Shown piece after piece: positions 10,217 to 14,755 of a stretch of DNA of 14,755 nucleotides (its first letter is position 1; each line of letters opens with the position of its first letter). The position numbers and the translations under genes were made by a program. The notes under the pieces are model-generated. The model did no database searches and had not been told where the DNA came from. It saw only the letters and a program-made list of their open reading frames with translations. The DNA comes from Azolla caroliniana (lineage: Eukaryota; Plantae; Polypodiophyta): positions 1 to 14,755 of the forward strand of contig JBHGNT010000843.1 in NCBI GenBank assembly GCA_043228905.1. The letters run 5' to 3'.

Positions 10217-11000
10217 GAAATTCTCTTTGTACCTAGCCTTAAAATTGATGTCCTTGGGAATATATGATTGTGTATGGAGACATGACATATATGTTCCCTT
10301 GCATTTACTAATTGTATTAAACGGGGGTTTCCCGGGCTTAAAAGATCGTAAATTCTAGATGATAGTTGCTTCAGGAAGAAAACGAAAGCAAAAGAAGATA
10401 TTCTAATGAGGAATTGACATTTAACATCACTTGAAATCCATATAGTTCTTAAATTTGAGCTTGGTTTAGAAATAAAACTCTCTCTCTCTTTCTCTCTTCT
10501 ATTAGGGAAGTGAAATCCACCCACTACCTAAACTTGAGCCTAGTTTAATAATTATGTTATTGGATTGCCAGAGAAAATAAGGTGGACAATATATTCCTTA
10601 TATGATATTGTTATGGAGACAATATGGGGCACCACTAGTTATGTCAAATATTATACGGAGCTCCATTTGAATGAAGCAAGGATGAATAACCTTATTTGCT
10701 ATTTACATAGACGCAAGAACTCTCAAATATATCAAAGGGAGAGGAGGATGAAGCTTCGATATATATCCATTTTTCTCAAAATTGATGTTATTGCATTCAT
10801 TTTTGATGCAAGGAAGGGGCCTCACAATCACTAAGATGCTCTCCACAGCCTTTGCGAAGATAATGAGCCTAGTGAATCTTTGGAAAAACCCAAGTATAGT
10901 ATGGTATGTTAAACACTTTAGTAGCATGGGCCAAAATGTTTGTGAAATTCTTTCTCTTGGAGAACCATCTATGGATTATGTTCACACTCAACGGGTCACA
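10217..11000 (+). mobile_element. Decayed, internally deleted Ty1/copia pol remnant
   Basis: Copia-like motifs occur in the expected order across frameshifts. EILFVPSLK (10217) resembles VLYVP.L and LKYIKG (10722) resembles LRYLKGT. CEDN/SLVNLWKNPSIVWYVKHF (10853-) resembles CDNQSAI.LAKNP.FH.RTKHI, and GEPSMDYVHTQ (~10959-10991) resembles G.I.L.YV.T..Q. Spacing is far shorter than in an intact pol. Confidence 0.4.
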
Positions 11001-11350
11001 ATTCTCATGGTAATGTCATGACATGGTGTGCCTGAAGGGAGGAAAGCATGGGAAAAATATGTGTACAAAAGCTTTTTGGTTGAAAGTGGAAATCAAAAGA
11101 AAAATGTAAAGATATGCTGATGTAAAGGGTTCAAAACTACCTAAAGGTGGTCATGCGGCGGGGGAGAAACAAATGGAGCTACGATGCAAAAGATGATAAG
11201 GCCACAAACATTTGTCCCAAAATCATGAGGTTCAAGCTTTGATTGATGAACTAATTATCATGGGGTCACGAATCACAAGAGTGCATGGGAGGCCTACTAC
11301 AACCAAGATGAAATTGTGATCAATCATGAACTCACCATGTGAAATTTAGG

Positions 11351-11796
11351 ATATCCCCTCTACCTCTTCCTTATCCTAATATCTTCTCATGCTATGTATA
11401 AGGGTTCAAATATTATAAATCTTGTGTAATTTTGATTCAATTCCCTGAATACATATTGTAATTCATGAGATTATATAATTAAGGTAAGTATTTAATATAA
11501 GTGATCTTTTTTTAATTGACTTGATTCATATAAACTATCTATCTTCTATTCGATGTAGCTTTAAGTGATTCATGGTGAATTTACTTGACTCATGTAACCT
11601 ATCTCTTTTTTGGCGAAGATTTAAGAGACCAAGGGGCATATTGGAGCCGACATAAGAAATTGTGGAGAATCCATTTATGAATATCCCCCCCAAAACTCAT
11701 TCTTATCCGAATATCTTCTCACACTATATAAAAGGGTTCAAATACTCTATAATCTCTTATAAATTGATTCATGTTCCTGAAAACCTATTGAAAATC
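11351..11796 (+). repeat. Two diverged ~115-bp LTR-U3-like direct repeats 330 bp apart, containing a TATA box
   Basis: ATATCCCC...CTTATCC.AATATCTTCTCA..CTAT.TA.AAGGGTTCAAATA...TTGATTCA at 11351-11464 and 11681-11796; CTATATAAAAGGG at 11724-11736. Confidence 0.6.
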
Positions 11797-11971
11797 CGGG
11801 AACTTGTAACCACTTGCAAAGAGTTAAAAACAATTCTTTTCAAGAAGAATTGTGAAGTTCAAGTGAGAATTTAAGTGATTGAGGAACCACATTGGTCACA
11901 CAAGCAAAAACCAACGAAAAAACTCCATTTTTCCCCTTCTAAGGAAAATTTGGAGTTATGATTAAATATCT

Positions 11972-12033
11972 AGTAGAGGGGAGTTGAACCCATGCTTTGA
12001 GTGGTCAACACTTTACCATTAAGCCAGTCCTAC
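11972..12033 (-). mobile_element. tRNA-derived SINE-like head (Pol III A and B boxes)
   Basis: Minus strand reads GTAGGAC-TGGCTTAATGG (A box, 12026-12016), 25 nt, then GGTTCAACTCC (B box, 11990-11980). Both boxes fit the TRGCNNARYGG / GGTTCRANNCC consensus. There is no intact anticodon arm, so this is not a functional tRNA. Confidence 0.55.
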
Positions 12034-12455
12034 AATGGGCTAACTAGGAATTTTAGGCATAAAAACATAGTTGTGAAATGATTTTCCCAATTGTGTAGAA
12101 GAAACATCGAAGTTGAAGGTTTGCCTCCAAAGAAACCAAAGTGGAGTGCCGACAAAAATTGCCACTAACTGGAAGATGGGTTCCGATGTTTCAAAATGTT
12201 AAAAATTTAGCTTCAGGTCAAAATCCAAAGTTCTTGAAGTCGATTCCAAATTGGGCTTGTAAATGGGCCTAAATCAGCCTTGGGATGTAGGGTTTAGGAC
12301 AACAATGTCCCTTAGTTTGGACAATAATGATAAATACTTGAGCTTAGCCTTAAGTTCCCCTTGTCCCCCCCTTGAACATCAAATCTAGCCATAGATATCA
12401 ATCAATATATTATAACACATGCATGCACATGAAACCATTATAGATGTGTACATAA

Positions 12456-13300
12456 TGGCTAGGTAAATGTGGCGGCCCGATAGCTTGCCCACTCTATTAT
12501 TCACCTAGTGACACTCCGAGACATTGTTTATGGGATTGCCCTCAAGCTCAGAGAATATGGGACAGGATGACTCGCCTCTTAGCTCCCTGCAAAGTGGAAG
12601 GGACAACATCATGGAGTGCAGGGGCTTGGATCGATCTCTCAGTTGATAGTTGGACATACACTTTCAATGGAGACATTTGGTGTTATGAATGCACAAGAGG
12701 TAAACTCGTCAAGACCCGATTTGGGAGAGGCTTGAAGATTGTATCCCCTCAGTTTTGGGAGATTTTGATGTTGATCGCTGGCTTCACCCTTTGGTATGTA
12801 TGGAAAGCACACTACCTAAAGGCCTTCCAAGATCTACTATGCCCCCCGGAGGAATTGATCATGGATATATGGTTCGCGATTATCAATTGCATACGAGGGA
12901 AATTGGATGAGGTTTGCAACCACTCCAACAATGTGGTCACTACTTGTTTGCGCTTGGCAAAAATGGCAGAATATGTTGATGGTGATGCAAGGAGGAAATG
13001 ACCCAAGGTGGAACTACCAAGCCCCACACTGGTTGTTTCCTACTCACCTCCCACTCTCCCTTCGTTGTAGGCCACATGATTTGGCTTGTACTAGCCGGTG
13101 ATGAAGGGCACCGGTTTATAGCGATAGCCTATAGGTACCTACTTACATTAAGTAGCCAGTTTGGATATGTACGTAGTCTCATATTCTTGAACTTAGTGGG
13201 AGGGTGATTCCCCTCTTTATGTATAAGCCACCATGTATAGTCTTTCTATGATAATCTCTCCTAACTAATGGGAAAATAGCTTCTGTTTGGGAAAAAAAAA
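12456..13300 (+). mobile_element. 5'-truncated L1-type LINE: ORF2 C-terminus (zf-RVT), 3'UTR and A-tail
   Basis: The frame of ORF 12567..13001 extends upstream as WLGKCGGPIACPLYYSPSDTPRHCLWDCPQAQRIW, a zf-RVT C-x2-C...H-x4-C knuckle whose second Cys reads TAT. It continues with TLWYVWKAHYLKAF (cf. LW.IWK.RN...F), then shifts frame near 12950 into WQKW...PRWNYQAPHWLFP with a stop at 13101. A9 lies at 13292-13300. No target-site duplication was found. Confidence 0.85.
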
Positions 13301-13621
13301 TTTAGCTACAGAAATATACATGCCCACATTTACAAATCCACACTTGCACACATCCGCACACACATAATCACGAAATAGCTACTTACATTAAGTAGTCAGT
13401 TTGAAAGGATATGCACGTAGTCTCATATTCTTGAACTTGGTGGGAGGGTGATTCCCCGCTTTATGTATAAGCCACCTTGTATAGTCTTTCTATGATAATC
13501 TCTCCTGACTAATGGTAAAGTAGCTTCTTTTTGGAAAAGAAGAAGTTAGCGACAGAAAGATTAATGCCCACATTTACAAATCCACACTTGCACACATCCG
13601 CACACACATAATCACAGAATA
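13139..13621. repeat. 240-bp head-to-tail duplication (13139-13378 / 13379-13621)
   Basis: Both copies begin CTACTTACATTAAGTAG.CAGTTTG and end ...CACATTTACAAATCCACACTTGCACACATCCGCACACACATAATCAC; they differ by scattered substitutions and small indels. Confidence 0.95.
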
Positions 13622-13754
13622 CCAACACATACAGATACATGTAAATGTGTAGACACACATAAACCGAAACATATACACTTTCACACACAAGAGTGTGCAT
13701 GCACACCAAGAGTTAAGACAACTCCACACAAGCGTCCCCTCTTCCACTCATACC

Positions 13755-14039
13755 TGTTAATGGGTGGGGGGTGAAGCCATAAACGGCTCCACCCCCCTCC
13801 CAAGGGGGTTATGTGTGAGGGAGAGAGAGAGAGAGGGAAAGAGAAACAAAGAATGACACCAAAAGTGAGAGGGAAAAATCTATCTCTCATTACATGCCCC
13901 ATAAGGGGTTTATATAGTACATCAAATGTAACGGTTACATAATATGACCGTTACAAAAAAGACCATTACACACATACACATAATTGTGCATGTGTTCATA
14001 CACATATATTTCCTCACTCACATTGATATACATTTCACA
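13755..14039 (-). mobile_element. LTR-like segment (possible solo or partial LTR); right boundary uncertain (13955-14039)
   Basis: Left terminus TGTTAA (minus-strand end TTAACA), a minus-strand TATA box CTATATAAACCCC (13917-13905), and a CT-rich downstream tract. No exact 5-bp TSD: ATACC at 13750 recurs at 14041, one base off a CA end. Confidence 0.4.
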
Positions 14040-14053
14040 TATACCACAATCCA

Positions 14054-14070
14054 TTTAGGGTTTAGGGTTT
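14054..14070 (+). repeat. Short interstitial telomere-type repeat (TTTAGGG)2TTT
   Basis: Read directly; Arabidopsis-type plant telomere unit. Confidence 0.75.
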
Positions 14071-14107
14071 CTGAATTGAGCCTTTCTGATATTTTTTTAT
14101 TAAAAAC

Positions 14108-14592
14108 GGACTGCACATGGTCACTCACGTTCTCATTCCTGGTGGCCACTCACTCCCGCTCGTGTACCAGTCCCCGGTGAGGGCCACATGGCCACTCACT
14201 CCTGGTCGTATACCAATACCTGTTGAGGGCCTCATGGCTCCTCACTCCCACTCGTGTACCAGTCCCCGGTGAGGGCTGCATGGCCGATCACACCGGTCCA
14301 TGTTCCAGTTCCCAGTGAGGGCTACATGGCCGATCACACCCGTCCGTGTTCCAATCCCCGGTGAGGGCCGCGCATGGTCGTTCACGCCCATCTAGGTTCC
14401 AGTCTCCGGTGAGGGCCGTGCATGGTCGCTCAAGCCCGTCGGGGTTCCAGTCTCCGGTGAGGACCGTGCATGGTCGCTCAAGCCTATCGGGGTTCCAGTC
14501 TCCAGTGAGGACCGCACATGGTCGCTCAAGCTCGTCGGTGTTCCAATCTCCGATTGCTCAAGTACGTCAGTGTTCGAGTCTCCGGTGAGGAC
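14108..14592. repeat. GC-rich tandem array of ~10 units, 46-bp period switching to 48-bp
   Basis: The anchor CCA(G/A)TC(C/T)CCGGTGAGG(G/A)C starts at 14167, 14213, 14259, 14305 and 14351 (46-bp steps), then 14399, 14447, 14495 and 14543 (48-bp steps), then 14575 (32-bp deleted unit). A degenerate lead-in begins at ~14108. Confidence 0.95.
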
Positions 14593-14667
14593 AACATATG
14601 ATTCCTCACTACTGTCGATGCTCCAATTCCTGTCCACCCCTACACCACGCTTTCGAAAAGGCGGCCT

Positions 14668-14755
14668 AAAGGGGAGGATAATGTCACAACACAGTGACAT
14701 CAAATACGTAGTTAGTGAGGATTGAACCCGCAACCTCACATTTACAACACGTAAT
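14668..14755 (+). mobile_element. Polypurine tract followed by the probable start of a 3' LTR (Ty3/gypsy-like), truncated by the window edge
   Basis: AAAGGGGAGGATAA (14668-14681) is immediately followed by TGTCACAAC (14682), the classic PPT-TG junction. The other LTR end is not visible. Confidence 0.55.
14707..14755 (-). pseudogene. tRNA-Thr(UGU)-like 3' portion (anticodon arm, variable loop, T arm); 5' part off the window
   Basis: Minus strand reads TACGT-GTTGTAA-ATGTG (5-bp stem with two G-U pairs, 7-nt loop, anticodon TGT), AGGTT (variable loop), GCGGG-TTCAATC-CTCAC (T arm, one mismatch), then TAACTACG. G32 and the T-stem mismatch argue for a derived rather than functional copy. Confidence 0.5.

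Noticed and set aside
14346-14739. ORFs with 16-aa repeats (FQSPVRAVHGRSSPSG / ETGTPTGLSDHARSSP)
   Set aside because: A by-product of the 48-bp period. The adjacent 46-bp units break the frame and there is no recognisable domain.

Overview
Eukaryotic land-plant genomic DNA (GT-AG introns, microsatellites, retroelement debris); a seed-free plant such as a fern or lycophyte is my guess, not something the sequence proves. The left ~3.8 kb holds the 5' half of a minus-strand, intron-containing gene for a PAS-domain Raf-like MAPKKK of subgroup B2. Its coding exons are 2817-2249, 2075-1691, 891-354 and 175-135, and the rest of the kinase domain lies beyond the left edge. Upstream is a microsatellite-rich 5'UTR/promoter with nested tandem duplications (~3380-4545). 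The middle (~4.8-12.4 kb) is AT-rich intergenic DNA with faint retrotransposon remnants and a tRNA-derived A/B-box element. The right end is a stack of mobile elements: a 5'-truncated L1-type LINE, a 240-bp tandem duplication, a hairpin-rich LTR-like piece, two telomere repeats, and a polarised 46/48-bp tandem array. That array is followed by a polypurine tract and a probable LTR start that carries an antisense tRNA-Thr(UGU)-like sequence. I see no clearly new biological system. The best leads are the tRNA-bearing LTR with its satellite array and a possible splice-dependent uORF/start-codon switch in the kinase gene.
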